Source: an uncultured Clostridia bacterium (lineage in GTDB: Bacteria; Bacillota; Clostridia; TANB77; CAG-508). Taken from it: a stretch of DNA of 41,918 nt. The position numbers and the translations under genes are program-made. Below the pieces are notes generated by a model. That model searched no databases and was not told the DNA's origin. It worked only from the letters and a program-made list of their open reading frames with translations. The stretch is from contig CANQPV010000003.1 in assembly GCA_947625825.1 (NCBI GenBank), positions 1 through 41,918 of the forward strand. The letters run 5' to 3'. Positions 20,364 to 30,753 of this stretch are shown piece after piece; the first letter of the stretch is position 1, and each line of letters starts with the position of its first letter.

Positions 20364-21986
20364 TTAATAAATAACTAGTTTATTATTTAATTCTTCTAAA
20401 GTAGTAATTCCACTTAATACTTTATAAATTCCATCTACAATTAGTGGTTTATAGCCTAATTCTAGTGCAGCTTTTCTTATTTCCATACTAGAGCTATTAT
20501 TTGAAATTAACTCTTTAATTTCATCATTAATATTTAATATTTCAAAAATACCAATTCTATCTAAATAACCACTTTGATTACAATGTTTGCATCCTGTAGT
20601 TTCATAAGTTTTCTTGCCTTTTAAATCAAAATTAACGTTATACTTTTCTCCAATTTTGTTTATTATTTCAATTTCTTTTTCATTAAAGTCTCTTTCTTTT
20701 GCACAATGTGGACAAACTTTTCTAACTAATCTTTGTGAAACTGATGTTGCTAAAATACTAGCAATATCATAATTAGATATACCTATTTTTCTAAGTCTTG
20801 TAATAACCTCTATACTATCTATTGTATGTATTGTAGATAAAACATAGTGTCCTGTTTGACCTGCTTGCATTGCAATTTCGGCCGTTTCTTTATCACGAAT
20901 TTCTCCTACTAGAATAATATCTGGGTCTTGTCTTAAAACAGTTCTTAGAGCATTTGAAAAGCTTTCTTTGGCATCTATTTCAATTTGATTTAGTCCATCA
21001 ATTCTAATTTCTACTGGGTCTTCAATTGTAGTAATATTTATATTTGGATTATTTAAATAATCTATAATGCTATAAAGTGTTGTTGTTTTACCTTCACCAG
21101 TTGGTGCAGCAACAACTGTAATACTATTTCTTTTGTTAAAACTATTTTTAACTATGTTTTCATCTTCTGGAAAACCTAATTCAAAAATTCTTCTAATGTT
21201 AGCATTTTTCTTTAATAATCTTAGTACAAATTTTTCTCCATGTATATTTTTTTGTGATGATACACGTATATTGTAATCTGGATAAATAAGTATTCTACCA
21301 TCTTGAGATTCTTGTTTTTCTTGATGCATATTAGAAATTGCTTTTAATCTACCTATTAATTGTGATTGTTTATCTTTATTAATTTCTACTGCTTTAATTA
21401 ATCTACCATCTATTCTATACCTAACTCTTACTATATCCTCTTGTGGTTCAATATGAATATCACTAGCTCTTTTTTCCATAGCAGTTTTAATAATACTATC
21501 TACTAAACCAGAAATATCTGCATCTGCATTTATTTCTTCCGACGCACTTCCTTCATATGTATCTAGTATTCTATCTATATTACTTTCAAAAGTAATATAT
21601 TTTTCCATAATTAGACCCTTATTTAATAACAATAGTCTAACAACATCAATAGATCTTTTATTTGAAGTATCAGCAAAACAAACTTTTATTTTTCCTGTTG
21701 ATATTTCAAATGGTATTGCTTTATATTGTTTCATTAGGTCTAAAGATATAAATTCAGTTGTATTTACTTTAATATCTGGCTCTGTTAAATAAATTGCTTT
21801 TTCTTCTAATATTTCTCCAATAGCTTGAATTAAAACATAAGAGTCACAAAGTCCTAAAATATTAATAATATCTCCTATTTTTTTTCTTGGATGCCCTTTT
21901 TGATAGTCTAATGCTTGTTGAATACTATTTTCTGTAACAATGCCTCTTTTTACAAGTTCAATTCCTAATGGTTGTTTTTTATCCAT
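20364..21986 (-). CDS. pilB: Type IV pilus assembly ATPase PilB/GspE family
   Basis: ASDIHIEP, APTGEGKTTT, EDPVE, LRQDPD, tetra-Cys motif CPHC/CKHC. Confidence 0.9.
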   Translation of the reverse strand: MDKKQPLGIELVKRGIVTENSIQQALDYQKGHPRKKIGDIINILGLCDSYVLIQAIGEILEEKAIYLTEPDIKVNTTEFISLDLMKQYKAIPFEISTGKIKVCFADTSNKRSIDVVRLLLLNKGLIMEKYITFESNIDRILDTYEGSASEEINADADISGLVDSIIKTAMEKRASDIHIEPQEDIVRVRYRIDGRLIKAVEINKDKQSQLIGRLKAISNMHQEKQESQDGRILIYPDYNIRVSSQKNIHGEKFVLRLLKKNANIRRIFELGFPEDENIVKNSFNKRNSITVVAAPTGEGKTTTLYSIIDYLNNPNINITTIEDPVEIRIDGLNQIEIDAKESFSNALRTVLRQDPDIILVGEIRDKETAEIAMQAGQTGHYVLSTIHTIDSIEVITRLRKIGISNYDIASILATSVSQRLVRKVCPHCAKERDFNEKEIEIINKIGEKYNVNFDLKGKKTYETTGCKHCNQSGYLDRIGIFEILNINDEIKELISNNSSSMEIRKAALELGYKPLIVDGIYKVLSGITTLEELNNKLVIY

Positions 21987-22070
21987 TTTGTACCTCCATA
22001 TTCTTTAGTATTAATATTATTATACTACATATTTTATCAAAACAGTGCATTTTGTGCAATTTACATAAAA

Positions 22071-22571
22071 TTACCAATATTTTAATACATATTCTATAGT
22101 TTTATTAAATCTTTGGTATATATTTTTATCTAAATTTTCTTGAGACGTACCTTCTGCAATTTTCTTTCCAATACTTAAGTGTACATTAATTAACTTTTTT
22201 GTTATACCAGCTTCTGGTTCATCATCATTTACTGCTTTGTATTCACTTTCTTCAAATTGTACTGATTGTATTTGACTTGCTATTTTAGTTTCATTTCTAT
22301 ATATATCTGTACCTCTTAGTTCATAAACAACAGAGCCATTTCCAAATGTTATTCTCGTAGGTTCAACTGTTGCTTCGTTATAGCTTTTTACATCATTTAT
22401 AAAAAACATATTGAATTTATTAAATTCAACTGCATATATATCTTGATTTTTTATTATATCTACATTAGAAAAAAAATTTGTACTCATGTAAGCAAAAATA
22501 GAAATAATAATTGTAGCTAATATAATGTAAACAATTAATGCAATTAAAGTAATACCATTTTGATTTTTCAT
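22071..22571 (-). CDS. Minor pilin (class III signal peptide)
   Basis: MKNQNG/ITLIALIVYII prepilin leader. Confidence 0.75.
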   Translation of the reverse strand: MKNQNGITLIALIVYIILATIIISIFAYMSTNFFSNVDIIKNQDIYAVEFNKFNMFFINDVKSYNEATVEPTRITFGNGSVVYELRGTDIYRNETKIASQIQSVQFEESEYKAVNDDEPEAGITKKLINVHLSIGKKIAEGTSQENLDKNIYQRFNKTIEYVLKYW

Positions 22572-22990
22572 TATGCTTCTTTAAACTCCTTTACTTTTAA
22601 TACTTTAACTAAAATTCCTCTATCTTTATTATTAAATTTATATTCTAACTTAACTTTCACTGTTTTTACAAGATCATTTGTGATTTCATCTGGTTCTATT
22701 TCAATATTAACATTAAAACTATTTGGAATTTTAAAATCTGCCCTCATTGTTGAAATTACACTATCTATAGTACTTTCCTGAACTTCATTATAACTTAATT
22801 TATCTATACGCTCCATAATTTGAACCACAAAAAGCATAGCAACAGAATCTACTTTTGTTCCTGCTTGTATTTCATATATTGATATAAAACATGTTGAAAC
22901 TGTACCAGCACATATAAGAATAATCGCTATAGCAACTGCTGCATCTTCAAGTGTAAATGCTTTATTTGATTTTAATTTTTCATAATTCAT
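22571..22990 (-). CDS. Minor pilin (class III signal peptide)
   Basis: KSNKA/FTLEDAAVAIAII prepilin-like leader. Confidence 0.7.
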   Translation of the reverse strand: MNYEKLKSNKAFTLEDAAVAIAIILICAGTVSTCFISIYEIQAGTKVDSVAMLFVVQIMERIDKLSYNEVQESTIDSVISTMRADFKIPNSFNVNIEIEPDEITNDLVKTVKVKLEYKFNNKDRGILVKVLKVKEFKEA

Positions 22991-23014
22991 ATTGTAATTC
23001 CTTTCATAAGTTTT

Positions 23015-23821
23015 TTAGAAAAATATATAATAATTAACTATAATTAAACATATAATATTTGTAATACATAAGTAAAAACCAATTGGAATAGGCTTTTCTT
23101 CTTTAGTATTTACCTTTTTTTGTATTATATTAATTATTTTTTTAATAATTAAACTTATTGCAATTACTAATAATGTAAAATCTATTGTTAATATAGTAGT
23201 TGCTTCATATGTAAACATTAAAAACATTATACAAAGTAGTAATATATCTAATGGATAACTGCTTTTCATTTTTTTTCTTAAGTAGAAGGTATTTAGTAAA
23301 ACAAGAAGAAGTACAATTATTAAATATATAACATATCTATATGCATTAGCATCTTTTTCTACTATATATAGATAAATTATATATATAGTTTGCATTATGT
23401 AGCCAAATAATAATACACCTTTTTCTATTTTATAGTTTTCTTTGTCTATTCCAGCTATTATAAATAGTGTAGCAATATAAATTAAGCCAAATATAAAATA
23501 TATAATAGTGCTTACATTAGAACTATATATACTTAATTTTATAGACATAGCAAATAAAACAAAAACTATACCAGATAATACTTCTAAAATTAAGTATCTT
23601 GGTCTTATTTTTTGTTTGCAGTATCTGCATTTTCCTCTTAAAAATATATAACTTAAAATTGGAATCATATCAAAAAAGCTTAATTTATGACCACAATTTG
23701 GGCAGTATGAACGCTCATGAGTAATATCTTGTTTTAGTGGTAATCTATAAACTGCTAAAGTAAAAAAACTACCAAACAATGTTCCAATTATGAAGATTAT
23801 AATATATAAGAATATATCCAT
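23015..23821 (-). CDS. pilD: Prepilin peptidase (A24 family, divergent C-terminal half)
   Basis: GSF...YRLP, RSYCPNC, IPILSY..LRGKCRYC N-terminal domain; IDKE first Asp. Confidence 0.8.
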   Translation of the reverse strand: MDIFLYIIIFIIGTLFGSFFTLAVYRLPLKQDITHERSYCPNCGHKLSFFDMIPILSYIFLRGKCRYCKQKIRPRYLILEVLSGIVFVLFAMSIKLSIYSSNVSTIIYFIFGLIYIATLFIIAGIDKENYKIEKGVLLFGYIMQTIYIIYLYIVEKDANAYRYVIYLIIVLLLVLLNTFYLRKKMKSSYPLDILLLCIMFLMFTYEATTILTIDFTLLVIAISLIIKKIINIIQKKVNTKEEKPIPIGFYLCITNIICLIIVNYYIFF

Positions 23822-23893
23822 TTATTTGCTATTTTCCTTTTTTATTTAATACTTCATTTTTTGCTTAAATTTTACAGGTATTTATAAAAGTTT

Positions 23894-23921
23894 AGGCATA
23901 TACACTTTGTTGCATATGCCT
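23894..23921 (-). terminator. Hairpin after candidate major pilin
   Basis: AGGCATATGC...GTATATGCCT stem on minus strand. Confidence 0.55.
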
Positions 23922-23963
23922 TTTGCTTTTATATTATACTATTTATTAAAATTGTACTATATT

Positions 23964-24383
23964 TTATTCTCCTGCTTTTATAGTAACTTCAGGAACACCA
24001 TCTGTATAATTTACTGTATAAGTTTTGTCTTTATACGTTACTTCAAAGTTTCCACCAACTACACCATTTGTTGTCTTTACAGTTCCTTTTGTAACGGTCC
24101 ATCCACCTGTTGATGGGAATAATGATGTTAATATGTCATTATTACTCGTAAAATCTAACTCTTTTCCATTTACATAATATTCAATATCTGCTTTTCCTTG
24201 TAAGTTTCCAGCATAATCTCTTATCATTGCCATTGCTGCTTCGTCTCTAGCTTGTGTTGCAGAGTTAAATATACCTCCATCAGCTAATACGTAAGTAATA
24301 GTTACACCTGCTAATATTAATAATACAACGATAGTAACTACTAATGCAATAAGTGTAATACCATTTTCATTAGTCTTTTTCAT
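23964..24383 (-). CDS. Candidate major type IV pilin
   Basis: MKKTNENG/ITLIALVVTIVVLLILAGV; strong RBS, own downstream hairpin. Confidence 0.8.
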   Translation of the reverse strand: MKKTNENGITLIALVVTIVVLLILAGVTITYVLADGGIFNSATQARDEAAMAMIRDYAGNLQGKADIEYYVNGKELDFTSNNDILTSLFPSTGGWTVTKGTVKTTNGVVGGNFEVTYKDKTYTVNYTDGVPEVTIKAGE

Positions 24384-24451
24384 AGTTTTTTCTCCTTTCT
24401 CTTTAGATTTTGTTATATTTTTATATTTATTTAAATAAATATAACCTAAAA

Positions 24452-24871
24452 TTATTTTAGACCGTTATTTTCAAAGTATGTTCCAGTTGAGTTTGGGTCT
24501 TTTATCTGATTTTTAGAGCCAGAACTTCCTGAAGGGCTATTTCCATCATCTTCTATATTTTCATCTATATTAGTGCTTGCTGAAAATGGGTCAGGTTTAC
24601 CTGCTATATAGCTTTCTTCTTCTTCAAATACTGAAAGGTCTGCTCCTGTAATATCATAAGTTAAAATTTCCTCTGTATTAAAATTAGTTTCTGTAATTTG
24701 CTGATCTATTTCTTCTTTAATGTTTTGTGGAGTAGAATATGCTTGTAATTTATTTGGCACTGCTTTGTTTGCTGGAATATAGTCATAAAATATAACACCT
24801 AAAACTAAAACAATTGCCACACATAATAATAACATTATGCATATTTCTTTTAAAATTGATTTAATCTTCAT
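24452..24871 (-). CDS. Membrane-anchored hypothetical protein of pilus cluster
   Basis: N-terminal TM and GKPDPF motif reminiscent of the PilP-type DPF; position after pilO-like gene. Confidence 0.65.
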   Translation of the reverse strand: MKIKSILKEICIMLLLCVAIVLVLGVIFYDYIPANKAVPNKLQAYSTPQNIKEEIDQQITETNFNTEEILTYDITGADLSVFEEEESYIAGKPDPFSASTNIDENIEDDGNSPSGSSGSKNQIKDPNSTGTYFENNGLK

Positions 24872-24943
24872 ATTTTTCTCCTTTAAAATTATTGTTACTC
24901 AGTTGTTTGTGTACTTTCAGCAGTTCCAGCTGTTTTTTTAAGT

Positions 24944-25564
24944 TTATTCTGCGTTTGATCCAGTATTAACAGTACCTCCACCTCGTAAGGTTTCTTCTAT
25001 TACAGTAACATTTGTTACTAAGAATGTTGCTGTTAAATTTTCTCCACTTGGTATTAGTTTAAAATTTCTAATTCTAAAACCTAGCTCTGTATCATCTTCT
25101 ATATCTGATAAGAATGTTATAATACGGCTATAAGTTCCAGAAACAGTGAAATTAATGTTGTTAGAATTTTCTGAAGAGCCAGATGAGATTTCATATTTTA
25201 AATTAACACCTTTTGAGGTAGCATGTCTACCAAGACTTGTTAATAAAAATTCTACTGTATATTCTTCTTTTTGTGTTGCTTTTTTAATTTCATCTTCTGT
25301 ACTAACACTTGCTAAGTCTAAGTATTCATCTCTAGCAGTTAATAATGTAGAAACATTTTTATCTAATGAACTTGTTTTAGCTGGATAGTTTGTGTTCATT
25401 AAAACTTCTGTCTGAGCAATTTCTTGTATAAGTTTTTCATTTTCAAATTTTATTTGCTCTAAACTTAATATTTTTATATTACCAATGGATATTCCTCTAA
25501 TTATTGCGAAATATGCCATGATAATTAATAATATAATTAAAATACTTATTAAAATTTTTTTCAT
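24944..25564 (-). CDS. PilO-like alignment protein
   Basis: TM, coiled coil, INFTVSGTY..I..FLSDIE ferredoxin-like pattern; coupled to pilMN. Confidence 0.65.
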   Translation of the reverse strand: MKKILISILIILLIIMAYFAIIRGISIGNIKILSLEQIKFENEKLIQEIAQTEVLMNTNYPAKTSSLDKNVSTLLTARDEYLDLASVSTEDEIKKATQKEEYTVEFLLTSLGRHATSKGVNLKYEISSGSSENSNNINFTVSGTYSRIITFLSDIEDDTELGFRIRNFKLIPSGENLTATFLVTNVTVIEETLRGGGTVNTGSNAE

Positions 25565-27207
25565 GGCAAAACTCCTTCTACTGTAAACTTAACTAAATCT
25601 CCATCTTTAGTTCCTGCTGTTGAGACAACATCGTTTAAAATTCCTTGTGTTTTTAAAATAACTTTAAAATAACCTAATTGCTCGTATTTTTCTGATTGTG
25701 CATTTATAATAATATGATTTTCAGATGTGTTTTCTATAGATGTTAATTGCACACCTTGTGGAATTGAAAACATTATTTTAGTTAATAGGTTAGGAATTGC
25801 TTTTTTATTCTTTGTTTCTTCTTCAACTTGTGCTCTAATGTTTTTCAAATTTTCTGTTAATTCTTCATATTCACTTGTTTTATTATTTATTCTTTTAATA
25901 TCAGAATCTACTGCAGAGATTTGTGCTAAAGTATCTTGTTCAACTTCTAATACTTGTATATTTTTTATATTAATAGAATAATTTAAATACATAGAAAAAG
26001 CAGAATATATAACTGTTAAAAATAAAATTCCACAAGCTGTACGAAGCATCCATCTTTCTGTAGCATCCAAACCTCTTTTAAAGTCAAGTTTAAAGAATTT
26101 AGATAAATTAGATGATAATACTCCTTTATTTTCTTTAGTGTCATCTTCATCTTTTCCTATTGTAATATTAAACCTTTCAAGAATGTTATTTAAATCGTCT
26201 TTCCATTTTTTTTCTTTAAAGTTCATGTCTTTTAGACCATATTCTAATCCTTGTAAAGCTAAGCTAATTGCTGAGTTTACTTCTATATAGTCTTTCATGT
26301 TTATTTTTAAACTATCTTTAATAAAAAATGGTTTTAATATTTCACATTTTTCTGTTTTAAAGAATTCTTGGAAATATAAATCTATATTATTAATTACAGA
26401 CAATGTACCTGTTAAATAAATTCTATCTATTTTAACTGTACTACTTGAAAGTATTTCTTGTACACTACTTACTATTTTGTATAATGTAGGCATAATATCT
26501 TCTAGATATTCATTTGCTTCATCTTGAAGTTCTTTACCTTCCATTGTATAAATAGTGCTGTTTTTGCATATTTCATAAGCTTTTGAATAAGAATTTTCCT
26601 TTTTATTAATGCTATTTAATACATCGCTAGAGCCTTCTTCTAGCTTTTCTACTGAATATATTTTATTATCTACAATAGTAGTTAATGTAGTTTTTTCTTC
26701 CATATTAATAATTAGTATATTTTCTTTTTCTTTTAAATTTGCAATGTTGGAAATACTAACTGATATTGGAGAAATTGTAGATACATTATATTCTGTAAAA
26801 GGTTGCATTATTGTACTAATAGTATTTTTATTTGCTGAAACATGAACTACTTTTATTTTTTCTTTATCATCAAGGTCATTTACTAATGCGTATCTTGATT
26901 CTAATGCGTTTCTATTATAGCCTCTTTCTGCACAAAATGATTCAAATTCTGTTTCTATTGCTTTTTTTAGGTCATTTTTGTTTAGCAAGCTAAACATTGA
27001 AAAATACTGGTAAGTTTCTTCTGATAAGTTAATACTTATTGGAACTTTATAACTATAAGTATCTGATATAATTTGTTTTATTGCTTCACCAATTTTGTCA
27101 TAAAATTTTATTCCAAAGGAGTTTACTACTAAAATGTCGCGTTCTTTTGTGACTTTTGCATATTTTATAATATTTGGTTCTATATATATTCCTAAGCAAC
27201 TAGACAT
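25561..27207 (-). CDS. PilM-PilN fusion
   Basis: Actin-like N-terminus (CLGIYI, IYLTG), TM, coiled coil, IPQGVQLTSI PilN pattern; start MSSCLG at 27207 after AAGGAG. Confidence 0.75.
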   Translation of the reverse strand: MSSCLGIYIEPNIIKYAKVTKERDILVVNSFGIKFYDKIGEAIKQIISDTYSYKVPISINLSEETYQYFSMFSLLNKNDLKKAIETEFESFCAERGYNRNALESRYALVNDLDDKEKIKVVHVSANKNTISTIMQPFTEYNVSTISPISVSISNIANLKEKENILIINMEEKTTLTTIVDNKIYSVEKLEEGSSDVLNSINKKENSYSKAYEICKNSTIYTMEGKELQDEANEYLEDIMPTLYKIVSSVQEILSSSTVKIDRIYLTGTLSVINNIDLYFQEFFKTEKCEILKPFFIKDSLKINMKDYIEVNSAISLALQGLEYGLKDMNFKEKKWKDDLNNILERFNITIGKDEDDTKENKGVLSSNLSKFFKLDFKRGLDATERWMLRTACGILFLTVIYSAFSMYLNYSINIKNIQVLEVEQDTLAQISAVDSDIKRINNKTSEYEELTENLKNIRAQVEEETKNKKAIPNLLTKIMFSIPQGVQLTSIENTSENHIIINAQSEKYEQLGYFKVILKTQGILNDVVSTAGTKDGDLVKFTVEGVLP

Positions 27208-27426
27208 TATTTTTTCTCCTTCGTTTAAAATTTTCAAAACTAGTATTATATTTGACAAATTTAGTGAAAACATACTTGAATTTTTTGTTTTATTTGACAA
27301 TTTTTGATTATTTTTTGTTTTTTCTTTATATATTTTATATGTTTTAAAATAAATGTCAATATGTATATTTATTATTTAATATAATTGTAAAATTTCTGTA
27401 ACATATTTGTAATATTTAAGTTGCTA

Positions 27427-28230
27427 TTATTTTATGAAAAGAAGTGCAAGTATTATTATACCAAATATTACACGGTATATTGCAAACCATTTGAAATCGC
27501 CTTTTTTTAAATAATTTAATAAAAATTTAATAACAAAAATTCCTACTATAAAGCTTGCAAATACTCCAATAAAAAATGGAATACTAAATACAAAGTCTTT
27601 TGCTTTAAAAACTGTAGCAGCTAATACTATTGGAGCAGATAACATAAATGAATATTTAGCAGCCGATTCTCTTTTTACTCCCATAATTCTTGCTGTTGTC
27701 ATTGTAACTCCTGAACGTGAAACGCCAGGAATAAAGGCAAGTGCTTGTGATAGGCCTATTAAAAATGTTTGTTTTAAGCTCATATTTTCATAGTCTGTTA
27801 CAGATTTGCATTTTTTATCTGCTATGTAAAGTATAATTCCCATTACAATTAAAGCAATGGCTATTATTAAAGGTGTAGTTAAAGCATTTTCTAAATATTT
27901 ATCTAATATAAAGCCAATAATTCCTCCTGGAATTGTTGCTAAAACAATGTACCAAAACATTCTTCCTTCTGTTGTATTTTCTTTTTTTATTACTTGGTTA
28001 AAGCCACCCTTTATTAGTTGTAACCAATCTTTGAAAAAATATAATCCTATTGCTAAAAGTGTGCCAAAATGAAGTGCTACATCAAACCCTTCAAAAGCTA
28101 AATTAAAATCTGGGTTATTTATCCAGCCAAACATCCATGGAATTATTGCTAAGTGTGCAGAACTAGATATAGGTAATAATTCTGTTAAGCCCTGAATAAT
28201 TCCTAAAATTAATGATTGATATATTTGCAT
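27427..28230 (-). CDS. uppP: Undecaprenyl-diphosphatase BacA/UppP
   Basis: QGLTELLPISSSAH, PGVSRSG. Confidence 0.95.
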   Translation of the reverse strand: MQIYQSLILGIIQGLTELLPISSSAHLAIIPWMFGWINNPDFNLAFEGFDVALHFGTLLAIGLYFFKDWLQLIKGGFNQVIKKENTTEGRMFWYIVLATIPGGIIGFILDKYLENALTTPLIIAIALIVMGIILYIADKKCKSVTDYENMSLKQTFLIGLSQALAFIPGVSRSGVTMTTARIMGVKRESAAKYSFMLSAPIVLAATVFKAKDFVFSIPFFIGVFASFIVGIFVIKFLLNYLKKGDFKWFAIYRVIFGIIILALLFIK

Positions 28231-28244
28231 TCTATTTCCTCCTT

Positions 28245-29453
28245 TTAAATTTGTTTTTCTTCTTTATCTATTTGTTTTTCTTTAGCCTTTCTAATTACTT
28301 GTAAATCTTCATTACTTAAATTTTCTACTAGCATGCACATTTTGCTTAAGTGTTTATTTACATTTGTTTCTTTTTTAGTTAAAGTTTTCTTTATTTCTTG
28401 TTTTTCTTCTTCTACAACTTCTTGTGGAGGTGGAACTTCCTCCTTTATTGGTGTAAAAAGAGGGTCTTTTTGCATTTGTTTATATGCTTTTGAATCTAGC
28501 TGTACAGCTACATTCATATAATTTTTTGCTTTATCTTCATCACCTTTTAGCAAAGCAATTTGTGAAAGATAGTAATATGAACCTGCTTCTAAGTCATTTT
28601 GTTTTAAAGATTGTCTAAAATAATTTTCAGCTTCATCTAAATCTCCATATATTAATGCAATTTGACCTAAATTTAGCTTTGCATTGTATGCAAGTGAATT
28701 AACTTCTGCTGCTTTTTCATAAAATTCTTTTGCTCTTCCAAAATCATTCATCATGGTATATATCATTCCTAAGTTATAATATATATCAAAACTGCCAGGA
28801 TGGTAGCGAAGTGATGCCATATATATAGATGCCGCTTCTTTATATCTTTCTTGTTCAAAATAAATTTCACCTAATAAATTAGTAATTTTTTCATTTTCGG
28901 GAGCATTTTTTATAATGTCTTTAAGTATAGTAATTGCTTCTTCATTTTGCTTATTTTTATTTAATACTACAGATAGATTGTAGTAATCTTCAATGTTTTT
29001 TTTGCCAAGTTCAGTTACCCTAATATATTCATTAACTGCTAAGTCGTAATTTTCTTCTTTTGTATAAATTTGCGCTAATAGCTTATGTGCTATATAACTA
29101 TTTTGATTTCTGTTTAAAAAATTAGTTAAAATTGTTTTTGCTTCTTCTGTTTTTCCGGCTTTTTCTAATATTGGAACCGTTAAGGTAATAAGTAACTCAG
29201 ATAATTCTATTTTTTTAATTTTTTCTATTGCAAATAATGCTATTGGTAAAATAATAGATAATAAATACATTAAAAGTTTTAAACTCCAATGAAATGGAGT
29301 TTTTAAAAATAATTCTATAAAGTTAATTGCAATTCCTATAAATTCTACCGCTAAAACATAAATATATGTTGTATCATTTTTTTTAATTAATTTTAAAAAT
29401 GTAATTGTAAATAAGGCAATTGCTATTGTTGTAAAAAATATTTTTTCTATCAT
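28245..29453 (-). CDS. Membrane-anchored TPR protein
   Basis: Three N-terminal TM helices then repeated YYNLG/LNLG..A..Y TPR units. Confidence 0.85.
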   Translation of the reverse strand: MIEKIFFTTIAIALFTITFLKLIKKNDTTYIYVLAVEFIGIAINFIELFLKTPFHWSLKLLMYLLSIILPIALFAIEKIKKIELSELLITLTVPILEKAGKTEEAKTILTNFLNRNQNSYIAHKLLAQIYTKEENYDLAVNEYIRVTELGKKNIEDYYNLSVVLNKNKQNEEAITILKDIIKNAPENEKITNLLGEIYFEQERYKEAASIYMASLRYHPGSFDIYYNLGMIYTMMNDFGRAKEFYEKAAEVNSLAYNAKLNLGQIALIYGDLDEAENYFRQSLKQNDLEAGSYYYLSQIALLKGDEDKAKNYMNVAVQLDSKAYKQMQKDPLFTPIKEEVPPPQEVVEEEKQEIKKTLTKKETNVNKHLSKMCMLVENLSNEDLQVIRKAKEKQIDKEEKQI

Positions 29454-29530
29454 AGTTCTCCTCTTTATTTAATTTTTGCTTATATTATTTTGTAGATTTT
29501 GTTGTGCTTTTCCTAAATTTTTATTTGATT

Positions 29531-30061
29531 TTACTTTTTAAATTTTTCTTGGTAATTTATTATAGATTTTTCAATTATTTCTTCTGCTTCTTTTCTGCCA
29601 AGCATTTTGTCTACTGATGTAGTTTTATTTTCTAATTGTTTATATACTTCAAAAAAGTGCATAATTTCAGAAGAAATTTGTGTTGGTATTTCTGAAATAT
29701 CTTGATAAGTGTTTAAAAATGGGTCTTGTTTGCAAATAGCAATAATTTTTTCATCATACTCTTTTTCGTCTGTCATGGTTAAAACGCCTATTGGATAGCA
29801 ATCTACCAAAGTTAATGGCATAATTTCTTCTTGGCATAATACAAGCACATCTAACGGGTCATTATCATTTGCATATGTTCTTGGAATAAAGCCATAATTA
29901 GCAGGATAATGTGTTGAAGTGTATAATACTCTATCTAACCTAAGCATTCCTGTTTGTTTATCTAGTTCATATTTATTTCTACCATTTTTGCTTATTTCTA
30001 TTACAGAAACAAAGTTATCTTTCTTTATTCTACTTTCTGAAATATCATGCCAAATGTTCAT
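29531..30061 (-). CDS. ppa: Family I inorganic pyrophosphatase
   Basis: YPANYGFIPRT, DNDPLDVL, DEKII. Confidence 0.95.
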   Translation of the reverse strand: MNIWHDISESRIKKDNFVSVIEISKNGRNKYELDKQTGMLRLDRVLYTSTHYPANYGFIPRTYANDNDPLDVLVLCQEEIMPLTLVDCYPIGVLTMTDEKEYDEKIIAICKQDPFLNTYQDISEIPTQISSEIMHFFEVYKQLENKTTSVDKMLGRKEAEEIIEKSIINYQEKFKK

Positions 30062-30137
30062 TTTTTAATTCCCCTATTCTTATGTTTTTAAAGCATCTTT
30101 TTATTATATTTAAAGTGCTTTTTCTTTCTATTATATT

Positions 30138-30353
30138 TTAAAGCATTTTTTCTTTTTTGTAGTTTTTGTATATATCTTTGCATAAATCTGAAAATTTTAT
30201 TCCAGATAAATATCCTAATGACTGACTTGTTAAAAGATTTTTTGCAGATGCAACTTTATTCCAAACTTTTTCTGTTGGAATTAATTTATTTTCCTTAATA
30301 TATTGTGTTAATGCTTCTATACTTTCTTGATAATATTGTTCATAATTTGCCAT
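30138..30353 (-). CDS. Small hypothetical protein, possibly helical DNA-binding
   Basis: 71-aa ORF with GAGG RBS. Confidence 0.6.
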   Translation of the reverse strand: MANYEQYYQESIEALTQYIKENKLIPTEKVWNKVASAKNLLTSQSLGYLSGIKFSDLCKDIYKNYKKEKML

Positions 30354-30556
30354 ATTAATAACCTCATATTTTGTTTTTTTATTTATTCTATCATTATATG
30401 TTTAATTAAGTCAATTATTTTAGATTTATTATTTATATTGTTTATTTTTAAATTAATTTATAAATTTCTTATATTATCAATATTTATTTTATTCAATTAG
30501 TTTTTTTCTATAACTGTAATGATTTTTTATTTTCTTATATTTTTTTGTTTTAATAC

Positions 30557-30586
30557 TTGACATTTTATATATAATTGTAGTACAAT
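30557..30586 (+). promoter_or_regulatory. Promoter of tRNA-Leu
   Basis: TTGACA-18-TACAAT. Confidence 0.6.
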
Positions 30587-30636
30587 AAATTTTGTCAGTT
30601 CAAGGTTTTGCATTTTATTTGCAAAATTATATTTAT

Positions 30637-30724
30637 GCAGATGTGGCGGAACTGGCAGACGCACAGGACTTAAAATCCTGCGGTTGAATAAACCGTGCCG
30701 GTTCGATTCCGGCCATCTGCACCA
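30637..30724 (+). tRNA. tRNA-Leu (anticodon TAA)
   Basis: Acceptor GCAGATG/CATCTGC, anticodon arm CAGGA-CTTAAAA-TCCTG, long variable arm CGGTT/AACCG, GGTTCGATT T-loop, encoded CCA. Confidence 0.97.
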
Positions 30725-30753
30725 GACGGCGATTTTTAAAAATCGCCGTTTTT
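30725..30753 (+). terminator. tRNA terminator
   Basis: GACGGCGATTTTT/AAAAATCGCCGTT followed by T-run. Confidence 0.8.

Noticed and set aside
24384-24451. c-di-GMP riboswitch before the pilin
   Set aside because: Intergenic region is short and AT-rich with no aptamer motifs
27208-27300. N-terminal extension of PilMN
   Set aside because: RBS AAGGAG supports the start at 27207; the upstream part is regulatory, with two TTTGACAA repeats of uncertain meaning
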